Origin: Tubiluchus corallicola
Lineage: Eukaryota; Animalia; Priapulida
Assembly: GCA_030141605.1 (NCBI GenBank)
Contig: JAQGDQ010000070.1
Coordinates: forward strand, 662,045 to 726,044
Reading direction: 5' to 3'
Length of the DNA stretch: 64,000 bases
The translations under genes were made by a program, and so were the position numbers. The notes under the pieces were generated by a model. The model saw nothing but the letters and a program-made list of their open reading frames with translations, had not been told where the DNA came from and ran no database searches. Below are positions 50,801 through 62,904 of the stretch, in pieces; the first letter of the stretch is position 1, and every line of letters begins with the position of its first letter.

Positions 50801-53800
50801 CAGTCTGCTTAACATAGTTACAACTGCATTGTAACTATACATAAATATGTAATCATTTGCATAATGTTACGAACAACTAGTTTAGCAGTTGCAAGTTTTA
50901 CTGATCAACATTTCATGCAGTTCTGATTAGGATAAAATACCCTGACATAATAAATTATTACGAAAAAATTACAAATAACCACTCAAAGGGAGCTATTACG
51001 ATAGATAAAAACTTATTATATAGCAATCTTACCTTTTCAATGACACACCAAACTGCTGTGTACTTAATATGTGTTCTGTATAGTGTGCACCAGTCTGGGG
51101 TTGCCATGTGCGTTTGTATCTCTCCATCATTCGTGCATCGTGTCTGAAACAAGGTTGCAGCAATTAATTTCATTAAAAAATCTTTCTATAATTGCAAACA
51201 TTTATTATCCCAAAGTAATTAGTGAAATGATATGTGACTGTTCAAGTAACATTTTTTTAACAATAGCTAACTTTGAAAAACAAAATTTGCAGTATAAACT
51301 TTTTCAGCTTTTCACACGTATAAGAAACTGGCAAATATGGTTAAGGATTACTATCATTTCTAATGAACAGAGCCAACCACTTTTATTTTTGTATTGAAAA
51401 TTATTACTTAATGGTTACTAAAAAACGATAAATATAGACACAGCATACCTCAACACGGGCTCTGGAATTCTTAGCTGATCAAAGTGCAGATGCATCTTGA
51501 GTTCCGTTAGGTAGTTTACGTACATAACCTTTTTACCAAATTTAACACTGAAAAATATGCAAATATAACAATTTGCATGTGGAATCTCAGTCTAGTATTA
51601 TAATCACTATTAATTACACGAATCTGCACTCTACATAAAACTAAAATAGCTGACAGAAGATCGTTAAAAGAACACTAAATTAAACACTAAAATAATCACT
51701 ATAATCTCACTAAAAGAAGAAGTACTAAAATAGTAAAAACTTTGGTATTTAAAGAAGACATCTACAAAATGTTTGAACAATAAAGAGCAAATGAATAATA
51801 AAAAGAATGAAGCAACAGGTAAACGAAAAACATGGCTGAAATCACATATGTGCTCATTAACAGGTGGTTCATATGACATTGTGATTTGAAAGATACTAAC
51901 CTAATAACAGGTTTAAATAAATTCCACACTAATCTTATAAAGTTTGTTGGATGGACTAAATATAAGGCCTTTAGATTCTTCTTATACCTGAAAAATAAAC
52001 AAAATAGAAAATTTAACTAAATATACTACACTTTAATTATTATAATGCATCAAGATGTATGCGTTTTATGAAATGTTTAACAAAACTCTAAACGTTTAAT
52101 ATTTCTTAACAACTGAACTGGCATTTAACCCAGCTCTTCACACACAGATTTTCTGTTGGCCAACCTCCAGTACTAAATTACATTAATACCTGACTTAAAA
52201 CAGGTGTCATGATGTGTTGGATGCATACATGGATATCTTACCTGGCACAATAAACAAATACACACTTAAGAAAATGTACACAAAAATTATATTACAAATG
52301 TAAAAATAAATTATATTACTGTTACTATAAAGGCAATCATACACTCAAAGTAATTTGCTAATGTACTAACAAAGAAAGCTAAGTGCTATAAAGCAGCACC
52401 CAAAAATGCATACAAAAATTACATTACTATTACTAAAACCTCTCATACACTCAGAGTATCTTCCTAATGTACTAACAAAGAAAGTTAAGCGCTATAACAC
52501 CAATATGTAAAATATAAACAATTTATTTACTTACTTCCTATCAAACATTTTATATGTCTGCCAAAGCCAGGACAGAGGAGGCTTGTTAGTGCTGCGCAGT
52601 CCATAGTGAAAGTACACGAGGCTATAATCATTCTCCACGTACTTATCCAAAGTGTACATCAAATACCTGAAATTTTCACAATTGCTTCCTGAGTTTCGGC
52701 ACACATTTAATTAAGATAATTAAATATTAATAAAAAACAAAGCAACATTAAGAATAATAAGGATTACAAATGTCAACAGAAGTGCACGTACACATTTCGA
52801 AAGTGTACAAAAATAAGATGCAAAGAATATGAGTGAAGGTACCAAGCAGTACAGTGTTGGGTTTGTGAAATAAAAACATGCACCTTGATAATGTACTCAT
52901 AAAACAGCTATAAACTCATATGATGTAGGGGATCTTACTTGTAGAATCTATCGTGGTTAAAGGTCTTGTTTGACGGCAGCTTACAAGCTGAGATTACTAT
53001 AACTTTACGCCCGTAGATGTCATCGCCTGAAATGCAGTAAAAAAACTCGTGACTGTGAAAGATAAAACTACAGACAGTAAAACTTCATAAACATTTGATT
53101 ATAAGAAACTCGTATAAAATTAGAGCTATGAAGTTTCTGTTTAGTGAACATTCGAGAGTTTAATATCTCACGTTTGCAAATAAAATGTTAATGACTGTGC
53201 ATCATTATCAAAAATGGCTGTTGGGGAAGAAAAGAATTTTAGCTGCAACTTTTCGAATTTTTTAAAAAATATTCTTAAAATGTGTACACCAGTGATTTAT
53301 TTGATGCCAACACTTTTGAAAGTCCACAAATTAACTCGCTAATTCTTCATTAAATATACTAATGCATAATAAGCTCATCCTCAACTCAAAATACATGCTG
53401 CATCCATTAAACATGAACGTGTGTAAGAAATATGGCCCATATTATATGGGATATGGATATATATTAGGCGAAACATGGTTTTAATTGGAAAGTTTTTCAT
53501 TGGTCGATGTAGAAGAGAATAAGCAGTAGGTAAACAGATCTGCTTGGAGGATTTTGATGCAACCCAGCTGATAGACCACACAGCAGTGCTATTCCGATTA
53601 ATTAATTTTATTGAAAGACGGTCGGCCGACTAAGCGCTCGAACATTATTGATTATTACGAACATTAACGTAATTGATGATTGTTTGTCGACAATAAGTGT
53701 AAGATTTTGCACACTTTGCCACTTGTTTCTGCCATTTAATTGGAGTGTCAATAGCAACAAATGCTGTTAGTAAAAATATTTTAATGAATATGCATGATAA

Positions 53801-56800
53801 TTTATACAAATGGAACAGTTACTTAGTAAAAGAAATTGCCAACGATTAAGGCTGAAAGGCTTAGAGTAAGGTTCAGTATGGGATATCTGTGTGCAACACT
53901 CGTCGTTTGTGACATTCTTACTTGATTTCCCGCATTGAGACGCAGGAAAGAAACAACAGGCAGATAATGTCTTAATATAATATTTTACACTGGCACAACT
54001 GTACAAAATAGTACGATCGATCATTAGTTGATGATCGATCATAACTGAATGTCAATGATCGATCATAACTGAGTCAATGATCGATCATAGAAATGAGACC
54101 GATTACCAACACTACCACATAGATCTCTGAACAGTTTGCTGAGAAGGCGAAAATCTCTTATTATTAACAGTTGTATTGTCAGCAAAATGTAACAAAAATA
54201 GCACAACCACCATTACCTGCAAACTCAACAATCCCATGTTCCGCAATGTCCATGAAGTCGTCTTCACGAGGTAGAAACTCGTCCGGCGTACCTAATTCTT
54301 TCTCAAAGTTTGCCTCGAGAAATCTCTTCTCCGCCTCGGAAGCGTCGGCTGCAATACTGATCTCCTCGGCAACCTCTTTCATCTCTGCAACGCAATCTGA
54401 TATGGTGGCGTCTGTAAGCATGCAACAACGACGCCATCACCAAAACAACATCAACACACCGCATGCAACATGCATTTGTTCAATTGAAGTAATTCCAGCA
54501 TGATTACCCGTTGTCATCGTAGAACAATCTGATTTCTAAGTTTCTGTTTACTCCGCAATATGCATAGATTCATAAAACATAATGTTCAACTGTACCACAT
54601 GTAATTAAAACACAGTCAAACTTCTTTATACGCCTACTTTGGGACTGTAAATGAAGTTGGCGTTAAGCAAGTTTGGCATTATAACGAGGTGCATTAATAC
54701 ATACATGCTTATGCAAATATAGATATTTTGTTTCGCTAAAAATATGGGCGTTAAGTGACGTTGGCATTAGAAAGGGGGTGGGGCATTATAATGAGGTCTG
54801 ACTGTATTCAAATATCTTTTTTTTCAAATTCTGTACAGTATCAAGAAATATCTGCACAAACACTGTAATGACAGACTGTAGAGAAAAGAAGTTCATGCCT
54901 TTATAAATCCCACTAGCTAGAAAATAACAGAGACAAATCCCCAATGATTCAAAATGCTACATCGAAAGTCTGTGCAATCCCAACCTCAATTTTGTAACAA
55001 TATTAAAAAATAATAACTGCGACTGCTATTAGCTATTAGTCAATACATGTATGTTATTTAATAATTACGTATACGGTTACTTGTAAAGTTAATTCTGACT
55101 TATGGAATAAATCCATGTTAATTACGAAAATTGTTAAACCCAATTATCACTACAAAAAAGAAACTGCATAAATCTAAATTTAGCCCAGCTTTAAACCAAT
55201 GCAGTCTGCTTAGTAACATCTCAAACTCTTAGCCTCTTGTAATAATGAAATGTTCAGTGCTGATTCAAGTTTCAATGTTTACATTTGTTCGAGTAATTAC
55301 TAATTATATTAAATTATTAATTAAATTTGTGCTTAAATTAGTCTTTTGCTAATTAATTACACATGCTGTAATTATCTTATTCATAATATTCTTAACCACA
55401 GCTATTTTAGGTTAAAAAATAATTAATCAGATTACATGTATTTAGTAATTTGACTCTAGCTTTCATGATTTCCTGAAAAGCAGGGCTGTCATTGTTTTAG
55501 CAACAACTTAAATTTTCTCAGCAAGACAAAAACTACAAAAGTTGTCCATGAATTAATTAAAAAACTGCAAGCCACAAAGACAGAAGCTCATTTAAAGCAA
55601 TACTCATTGCTTGGCAATTAGCAATAGCTAATTTATACCTACTATAGTGTATAAATTTCATGCACAGCAGGCAACTAGTGCAAAGACATAACAAATAACG
55701 ACAAAAATACTGCTATTCATAGTGATACATTGCAGAATTTAAAATTATTACGTAGATGTTTAATGCTCAAAAAACACTTGTAACATAACACTAGATAATG
55801 ATTATAACATAGGTGCTTTACAAATAAATGCAAAAGTGCCTTTATATTCAAAAGACTAAAACGAATTAGAATGAGGGTTAAAAATTGGAGCCAAAATTTA
55901 GCTTTCTTACAAAAGTTGCAATTACCTGATGCAATATATATTTTCTCATGTGTCACCACTGACATTTTACTTAACTTCTATCATTACCTTCTTCGATTGA
56001 TTGCTGAAGTTCACTGTCATCAAACTCCAACTGCGGCTCATCGCCCCACAATCCATCTTCTGGATTTGCATGTGCAAGAACTGAAAAATAATGGAAAACA
56101 CCAATCTTACGAGCCCTCAAAATTTACAGTGACTGAATAATTATTATTACATGCATCATAAATGTACTTTTTTCCAGGCCTCACAGAATTCTTCGTAGTC
56201 ATGAATGTAAGTTATAGGTGCAACCAGCTAGAACCAACATCGGATAACATTTCTTTGGGCATCGCTTAGTTCAGCCATGGCATCATCATCTTCATCATCA
56301 ACCATCAGTGCTTCATCAGCGGACAGTTTCAAAAGGCATTTGAGAGAGGACTGTTTACAGATAGTTACCATCTAGTTCCTTATTTTTTAGGATAAGGCAA
56401 TAAGGAGGTAATTCACCGGTGTAAACTAAGGAACTAAAGTGCCTTAACCGTTACCATTACCATCGAAGGATAGAGGTTAAGCTGATAAATAGCTTATAAA
56501 TCTCTCCAATCTTCTTTAGATTTTATAATTGTGTCTTAAAAGCAGCGGCACCCCACGATCATGGACTGTGTCGCAAAACATCTTACTGCCATTGGGGCAG
56601 TCTAGGATTGACAAACTTTTCTGGGTTGTCCTGCCAATGTCGATCTAATCAGGACTTAAACAGAGAGGGTTAGTGGCACTGATTACATTTTCAGGTAACT
56701 TATTCCATTCGTCAACAACCCTCATTAAAAGACTCTCTCAGTTTCTGCTCCATCTATTGGAGGCTGCTCTCCTACGATTGTATAAGTGTGTGTATATGAA

Positions 56801-57963
56801 GCTAGTATACGCTTACCATGTCAACATTATATGTACTTATTATGTCTTTATGTTTTGCGATTGCGATACTCGACTCTCCCCACCTATCAGAGGCGGGCAC
56901 CTTTACAGGGGGCAAAGTCTATTTTTCAGTAACGCTGATCTTTTAGTTGTCCTTTCCCACTTTAATGTTTTTATTTGTCTTTATCCTGTATTCCATGCAT
57001 TCGTTCACTAGATTTCTGATTTCTAGCAATCCTTCTTTTTCACTGTTCATTAATATATCCGAGTTCAATTTTTTTTCCATTCTCCATATCTGCCACATTT
57101 AAGCATATGTTTAGTAGTATCATCATCTTCCCCACACACTGGGCATAATAACTGATCCTTAAACTCATATGCTTGTTATGTATTTTAAAATTTAAACCTA
57201 AATTTCATAAGTTCAATCTCAGTACACTAACCGTTCCCTTATTTACTTGAACAATTTGGCAATGCTCCATATGTAAACTTTTATCACACCTAATTCTCAA
57301 AATTTCATCTTGATAAATATGCACATAATTAATTACTAATAGCAACATTATTTACAGGGTGGTTGACTTTGATAACTTTTAGTTCTTTGCCACCCTTTCA
57401 CCAATCAGTTTAATATCATATCTCAGATAAATTAATCATCATAATAATTTTGTTACATTGCATCATAATATCGTGTTATGCACTGTGTTTTTCTTCTTGT
57501 AAAAAGGTGATAAATGAAGATACTTATACTCTCTTATTAGTATTACTTATAGTTATACTTATAGTAGTTATACTCATACTTTTGTAAGGGTGACCTCTAG
57601 TACCACGATATGTCTGAGATGGAAATGTGGGAAACATTTTGCTAATATCATAGTAATCAAAACCTTTTAAGATGTAGAAGGTTTTGATCAAGTCCTGCCT
57701 CTTAAAGAGTTAAACATTTTAAAGTAGTTAGCCCTAGCCTCTTGATTCTGGTAGAGTATGGCAACTTGAACATTAATGTAGTACATTTAACTACACTGTG
57801 ATGAATTCTCACTCATTTTGTTCATTATTTTGCTAGTATTATGCAAAGTGTAGTGTCAGATTATACATTTTAATTTTTAAATTAATGCAATGATCGACGT
57901 ACCTTCGTTTTCTGGGTTTTGGTCTACAGCATCCTCTTTCTTGTTTGTGATAGCAGCGTCCAT
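47649..57963 (-). CDS. ARHGAP1: Rho GTPase-activating protein 1-like (p50RhoGAP/Cdc42GAP; BCH/CRAL-TRIO + RhoGAP), 13 exons, 473 aa
   Basis: Exons (minus) 57903-57963, 55988-56080, 54217-54411, 52939-53026, 52535-52666, 51901-51987, 51449-51547, 51033-51143, 50435-50508, 50130-50207, 49663-49791, 48459-48565 and 47649-47816 total 1422 nt, all GT-AG and phase-consistent. Motifs: [69 protein letters not shown], arginine finger [35 protein letters not shown]. This is the ARHGAP1/ARHGAP8 family. Confidence 0.95.
48459..48565 (-). CDS. ARHGAP1: ARHGAP1-like exon 12
   Basis: [25 protein letters not shown]; GT-AG. Confidence 0.93.
48871..49274 (+). mobile_element. pogo-family non-autonomous transposon in ARHGAP1 intron 11
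   Basis: Perfect 28-bp TIRs CCGTATTTTCCCATGTATAAGAGACCCT, TA TSDs, internal TIR-like repeats, transposase C-terminal remnant [32 protein letters not shown] plus an acidic tail. Confidence 0.9.
49663..49791 (-). CDS. ARHGAP1: ARHGAP1-like exon 11
   Basis: [26 protein letters not shown]; GT-AG. Confidence 0.94.
50130..50207 (-). CDS. ARHGAP1: ARHGAP1-like exon 10 (arginine finger)
   Basis: [13 protein letters not shown]; GT-AG. Confidence 0.94.
50435..50508 (-). CDS. ARHGAP1: ARHGAP1-like exon 9
   Basis: [24 protein letters not shown]; GT-AG. Confidence 0.92.
51033..51143 (-). CDS. ARHGAP1: ARHGAP1-like exon 8 (inter-domain linker)
   Basis: HDARMMERY...TQQFGVSLK; GT-AG, phase 2-2. Confidence 0.92.
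51449..51547 (-). CDS. ARHGAP1: ARHGAP1-like exon 7
   Basis: [33 protein letters not shown]; GT-AG. Confidence 0.94.
51901..51987 (-). CDS. ARHGAP1: ARHGAP1-like exon 6 (BCH domain)
   Basis: [29 protein letters not shown]; GT-AG. Confidence 0.94.
52335..52500. repeat. Diverged ~105-bp-period duplication in an ARHGAP1 intron
   Basis: Two copies of tcatacactca...ctaatgtactaacaaagaaag.taag.gctataa. Confidence 0.75.
52535..52666 (-). CDS. ARHGAP1: ARHGAP1-like exon 5 (BCH domain)
   Basis: [23 protein letters not shown]...FDRK; GT-AG. Confidence 0.94.
52939..53026 (-). CDS. ARHGAP1: ARHGAP1-like exon 4 (BCH domain)
   Basis: [18 protein letters not shown]; GT-AG. Confidence 0.94.
54217..54411 (-). 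CDS. ARHGAP1: ARHGAP1-like exon 3 (...[15 protein letters not shown])
   Basis: ttacag acceptor, gtaatg donor, phase 1-1. Confidence 0.9.
54613..54804 (-). mobile_element. Same MITE family, copy 3 (inverted)
   Basis: CAGTCA...TGACTG|TA termini; reverse complement of the 27865 core. Confidence 0.7.
55988..56080 (-). CDS. ARHGAP1: ARHGAP1-like exon 2 ([31 protein letters not shown])
   Basis: ttttcag acceptor, gtaatg donor, phase 1-1. Confidence 0.82.
56400..56740 (-). mobile_element. Decayed CR1-type LINE 3' end
   Basis: Minus-strand [18 protein letters not shown], then frameshifted LDRHW, typical of the CR1 ORF2 C-terminus; boundaries approximate. Confidence 0.55.
57903..57963 (-). CDS. ARHGAP1: ARHGAP1-like first coding exon ([20 protein letters not shown])
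   Basis: ATG at 57963-57961, AAG|gtacgt donor, phase 1 matches the next exon. Confidence 0.75.
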
Positions 57964-58140
57964 ATTGAAGACTATTTTCGTTTTGCTAATAAAGGCGAAT
58001 TCATAATAATTAGGGTTCAGTTACCAGAACATCGATCACAAATTCATGTGCTTCGCTAAAATGTTAAAAATATTGACTGCTCCCACCGGAAATAATTAAT
58101 CACAAGCGGAAGTTTATGTGGCTCCTTCTATGGGATTTTC
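57964..58140 (-). promoter_or_regulatory. Probable 5' UTR / proximal promoter of the ARHGAP1-like gene
   Basis: Immediately upstream of the ATG; ETS-type cores CCGGAA (58086-58091) and GCGGAAGT (58106-58113); locally more CpG. Inference only. Confidence 0.35.
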
Positions 58141-58727
58141 AGAAAATGTGATGGTCGCTGTTTTTAGCCACTGTTTTTCTCGGGCGCTTCTCCGTTTCTC
58201 AAAATTGAAGTATTTCGGTGGTGATAGTGAGCACACCTGATGAACGTGAGGCAGCGATTGAGAAAAGACTGCCAGTCATTGCCACCGGAGAAAGAAATGT
58301 GTCATATACTGTACCATTTCGATGTCAAGTATAGTTAGTATAATTGTTGTGTTGGTCGACTTAGTACTAATACTATAATAGTAGACTAAATTTAATTCAT
58401 GTCGATTTTATTTTATTTTTACAGTTCTGCAGCAAATCGTAATTTGAATGCAGTATAACTTAAAAGTAAAATTGACATAATTATGGCAATCAGGCACTGA
58501 CCTTTAGTTTTTATCGCAGTATGTGTTGTTTTTATTATTATTGCCAATGTACCTGAAAGTAGTTTTAGTGCAATAAACTGAATTGAATTGACATAGATTA
58601 GATATTTTATGTTTCTTCCATGTAACAACATATTACATAATTAAATCTTTAGTTTTGTTAATTTATACAAGTATGACTAAGTAAGGAAAGATCATAGGAT
58701 AGACAATCTGCAAATAAAGATAGTACA

Positions 58728-58764
<37 letters not shown>

Positions 58765-59369
58765 ACATCTAGTCTTTTAGCCTTTATTACATTATTATTA
58801 TACAAATTATGATCGATACTGCACAAAATGTAAAGCATTAGACCTAGACAGAAAAAAATCAGACATATTAATAAAACAACCAGCTATTAGTGCGTAATTT
58901 ACATTATATTACGAAAATATTCAACCAGAATATACTGAACTCCAAAACTTTGTAACTGCGAAAATGTGCAAAATTATGTAACTGATGATAGAATTTTAAT
59001 GATGTCATAATATTCACATTGAACTTGAACTACTGTTTGATCGTTGGATATGAAAATGTGCTCTTAAGTTGCTATGTGGATGCCATGGACATTTCATTAA
59101 GTTCATTTTTTGCACATTTAATGATTGCGTTCTGCATCAAAATTTAAACATTTTGGCTTTGAAATTACAGTAGGCCGTTTTGTCTATAATGACCGTACTC
59201 TACTTGACAGCTACACCTTTGCAGTAAGACATGACTGCCTTTTCTGAAGATTATCACATGAACAAATTTTGTATCTAAGAATTTAGCTATACCATTTGTA
59301 CACATAATTACTGAGACCTATTTAGTTTTCCAGTAAAACTATAATAAGATAGCAAGAGAAATATGATAA

Positions 59370-61050
59370 TCTATACGCTTATATTAATATTCTTGGTATA
59401 TATATTTATTTATTTATATATATATAAGATTCGAGGCTACAGCCCGGACGAGGGCACCATTTGCGGCGATCTATATATCAAACGTGTCTTCTCATTGATG
59501 GTTTATTTTTCGAATCGGGCCCACCGGGAGGAACGGGGGGCGAAAACCCCCCAAAAATGGCCCTTTTTCGGCCGTTTTTTGCAAAAGTTATACGGCTGAG
59601 ATGTAGAGAACGGGAACGGGCCGAGGGGGGTGCTGGGTATGGATAGATAGCCCGTTCAGCGGTGGGTGTAGTAGGCATATTTAGAATTCCCGAGAGGGCC
59701 AGGGCGCCCCGCAACGGGCGTTTTCCCGGACCCAACTCGCGATTTTTTCGAAATTTTGACCAAACAGCATGCGGGAAAAACGTTCTAGCGGCGCCTGGTG
59801 GGACTCTCGGAAGGAAATATATAGCTCTTTACAAAGAGGAAGGACAGGGCTACACGATGATGTGGGATATATTTTAGGGCAGGTCCACCGAGAGGAGTAT
59901 CAACGAGTTAGTTAGGAGTTCTATTTTCGGCAATTTTCACTTAGAAAACAGCTGACGCAAAGGCATTGTTGTGACGTCATCCATTGTACTCTGTCTATAA
60001 TCTTATAACTTTAATTCAGCAAAAAGCTACAGGCTTTGCGTTAGTTAAACAAACAGTAGGCACGATGTTACGGGCTTTGTGTTATAAATGTGGACTAGGT
60101 AGGATGTTCGCGTATTATTGATTACACGTGTATTTATACGCAAAATCTTTTGCGGGGCCTTTGCTATTTATTATATTATAGCACATAGTTTCAACTTTGT
60201 GAAAAATGTTTGGAATGGTTTTGTTGTAATGCTGTGCTGTTGGTGCTTGTGCTATAGGTGTTGTCATCGTTGCCACCATCATCATCATCATCAACATCAT
60301 GATCACCACGTGAGGTGGTGGATTTGATGTGGTGTGGTGGTGGTGTGCTTTGTGTGTTGTGCTATGGATGGTGTGGTGGGGTGATAGGGTGTGTGGGGTG
60401 TGGTGTGGGTAGTGTGGTATGGAGTGGGTGGCGTGGTGTGTGGGTGGGTGGGTGTTGTGGTGCAGTGTGGTGTTATGGTGTGGTGCTGTGCGGTGTGATG
60501 TGGTGGAGTATTATGGTGTGGGTGGTGTGGTGTGGTGTGTGGGTGGTGTGGTGCAGTGGTATGGTGTGGTGATGTGGTTGGTGTGGTGTGGTGTGGTATG
60601 TGGGTCGTGCGGTGTGCTGCAGTGGTATGTTGTGGTGCGGTGTGGTGTGATGTGGTGGAGTGGTATGGTGTGGTGCGGTGTGGTGTGTAGGTGGGTGGGT
60701 GGTGTGGTGCTGTGCGGTGTGGTGCTGTGCGGTGTGATGTGGTGGAGTATTATAGTGTGGGTGGTGTGGTGTGTGGGTGGTGCAGTGGTATGGTGTGGTG
60801 CAGTGTGGTGGAGTGGTATGGTGTGGGTGGTGTGGTGTGTAGGTGGTATGGTGTGGTGCGGTGTGGTGTGATGTGGTGGAGTGGTATGGTGTGGGTGGTG
60901 TGGTGCAGTGTGGTGTTATGGTGTGGTGCTGTGCGGTGTGATGTGGTGGAGTGGTATGGTGTGGTGCAGTGTGGTGTGATGAGGTGGAGTGGTGTGGTGT
61001 GGGTTTTGTGTTGATTTGTGCACAAAATTCTTTTTGTGGGGTTTGGCTAG
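59370..61050 (+). mobile_element. Non-autonomous Helitron-like element, copy 1 (complete, 1681 bp)
   Basis: A|TCTATAC 5' end; 3' hairpin CACAAAA-ttct-TTTTGTG (61021-61038), then CTAG|T (61047-61050); no TSD or TIR; no coding capacity. Confidence 0.8.
60313..61003 (+). repeat. Complex (GTGTG/GTG)n satellite inside the Helitron-like unit (also ~62008-62712 and inverted ~62950-63677)
   Basis: Higher-order variant blocks such as GGTGTGATGTGGTGGAGTGGTATGGTGT; arrangement differs between copies. Confidence 0.95.
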
Positions 61051-62712
61051 TCTCTTATATTAATATTCTTGGTATATATATTTATTTATATATATATATA
61101 TAAGATTCGAGGCTACAGCCCGGACGAGGGAACCATTTGCGGCGATCTATATATCAAACGAAAGGTCTCGATCTAGTGTCGTCTCATTGATGGTTTATTT
61201 TTCGAATCGGGCCCACCGGGAGGAACGGGGGGCGAAAAACCTCCAAAAATGGCCCTTTTTCGGCCGTTTTTTGCAAAAGTTATACGGCTGAGATGTAGAG
61301 AACGGGAACGGGCCGAGGGGGGTGCTGGGTATGGATAGATAGCCCGTTCAGCGGTGGGTGTAGTAGGCATATTTAGAATTCCCGAGAGGGCCACGGCGTC
61401 CCGCAACGGGCGTTTTCCCGGACCCAACTCGCGATTTTTTCGAAATTTTGACCAAACAGCATGCGGGAAAAACGTTCTAGCGGCGCCCGGTGGGACTCTT
61501 GGAAGGAGATATATAGCTCTTTACAAAGAGGAAGGACAGGGCTACACGATGATGTGGGATATATTTTAGGGCAGGTCCACCGAGAGGAGTATCAACGAGT
61601 TAGTTAGGAGTTCTATTTTCGGCAATTTTCACTTAGAAAACTGCTGACGCAAAGGCATTGTTGTGACGTCATCCATTGTACTCTGTCTATAATCTTATAA
61701 CTTTAATTCAGCAAAAAGCTACAGGCTTTGCGTTAGTTAAACAAACAGTAGACACGATGTTACGGGCTTTGTGTTATAAATGTGGACTAGGTAGGATGTT
61801 CGCGTATTATTGATTACACGTGTATTTATACGCAAAATCTTTTGCGGGGCCTTTGCTATTTATTATATTATAGCACATAGTTTCAACTTTGTGAAAAATG
61901 TTTGGAATGGTTTTGTTGTAATGCTGTGCTGTTGGTGCTTGTGCTATAGGTGTTGTCATCGTTGCCACCATCATCATCATCATCATCAACATCATGATCA
62001 CCACGTGAGGTGGTGGATTTGATGTGGTGTGGTGGTGGTGTGCTTTGTGTGTTGTGCTATGGATGGTGTGGTGGGGTGATAGGGTGTGTGGGGTGTGGTG
62101 TGGGTAGTGTGGTATGGAGTGGGTGGCGTGGTGTGTGGGTGGGTGGGTGTTGTGGTGCGGTGTGGTGTTATGGTGTGGTGCAGTGCGGTGTGATGTGGTG
62201 GAGTATTATGGTGTGGGTGGTGTGGTGTGGTGCAGTGGTATGGTGTGGTGCAGTGTGGTGTGATGTGGTGGAGTCGTATGGTGTGGTTGGTGTGGTGTGG
62301 TATGTGGGTCGTGCGGTGTGCTGCAGTGGTATGTTGTGGTGCGGTGTGGTGTGATGTGATGTGGTGGAGTGGTATGGTGTGGGTGGTGTGGTGTGTAGGT
62401 GGTATGGTGTGGTGCGGTGTGGTGGAGTGGTATGGTGTGGGTGGTGTGGTGTGTAGGTGGGTGGGTGGTGTGGTGCAGTGTGGTGTTATGGTGTGGTGCT
62501 GTGCGGTGTGATGTGGTGGAGTATTATGGTGTGGGTGGTGTGGTGTGGTGTGTGGGTGGTGCGGTGCAGTGGTATGGTGTGGTGCAGTGTGGTGTGATGT
62601 GGTGGAGTGGTATGGTGTGGGTGGTGTGGTGTGTAGGTGGTATGGTGTGGTGCGGTGTGGTGTGATGTGGTGGAGTGGTATGGTGTGGGTGGTGTGGTGT
62701 GTAGGTGGGTGG
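61051..62712 (+). mobile_element. Helitron-like copy 2, head-to-tail with copy 1, 3'-truncated inside the satellite
   Basis: Starts TC directly after the CTAG of copy 1; near-identical to copy 1 apart from a few substitutions and indels. Confidence 0.8.
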
Positions 62713-62904
62713 CTGCATAGTACGAGCTATTAAATCTGGTCGCGGATTATCCAGAGTCACCAAAAATTTGAAAATGGTACCGCTGGTTCTTCGACCAAGC
62801 AACGGTTTATAGTAACATGCGGCAATAATAATCAGACCACCTCGAAAACAAGAGTTGCTTAAGATGTTATCCCTGGACTACGTTCTAAACGAAATAATTA
62901 TATA

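Noticed and set aside
56228-56371. Acidic minus-strand frame MVTICKQ...[16 protein letters not shown]... in ARHGAP1 intron 1
   Set aside because: The available acceptor is phase 0 whereas phase 1 is needed, and no convincing donor was found; the acidity comes from a short (GAT)n run.
59363-59877. ORFs in the GC-rich part of the Helitron-like unit
   Set aside because: Short, no Rep or helicase motifs, and some are altered by the indel between copies 1 and 2.
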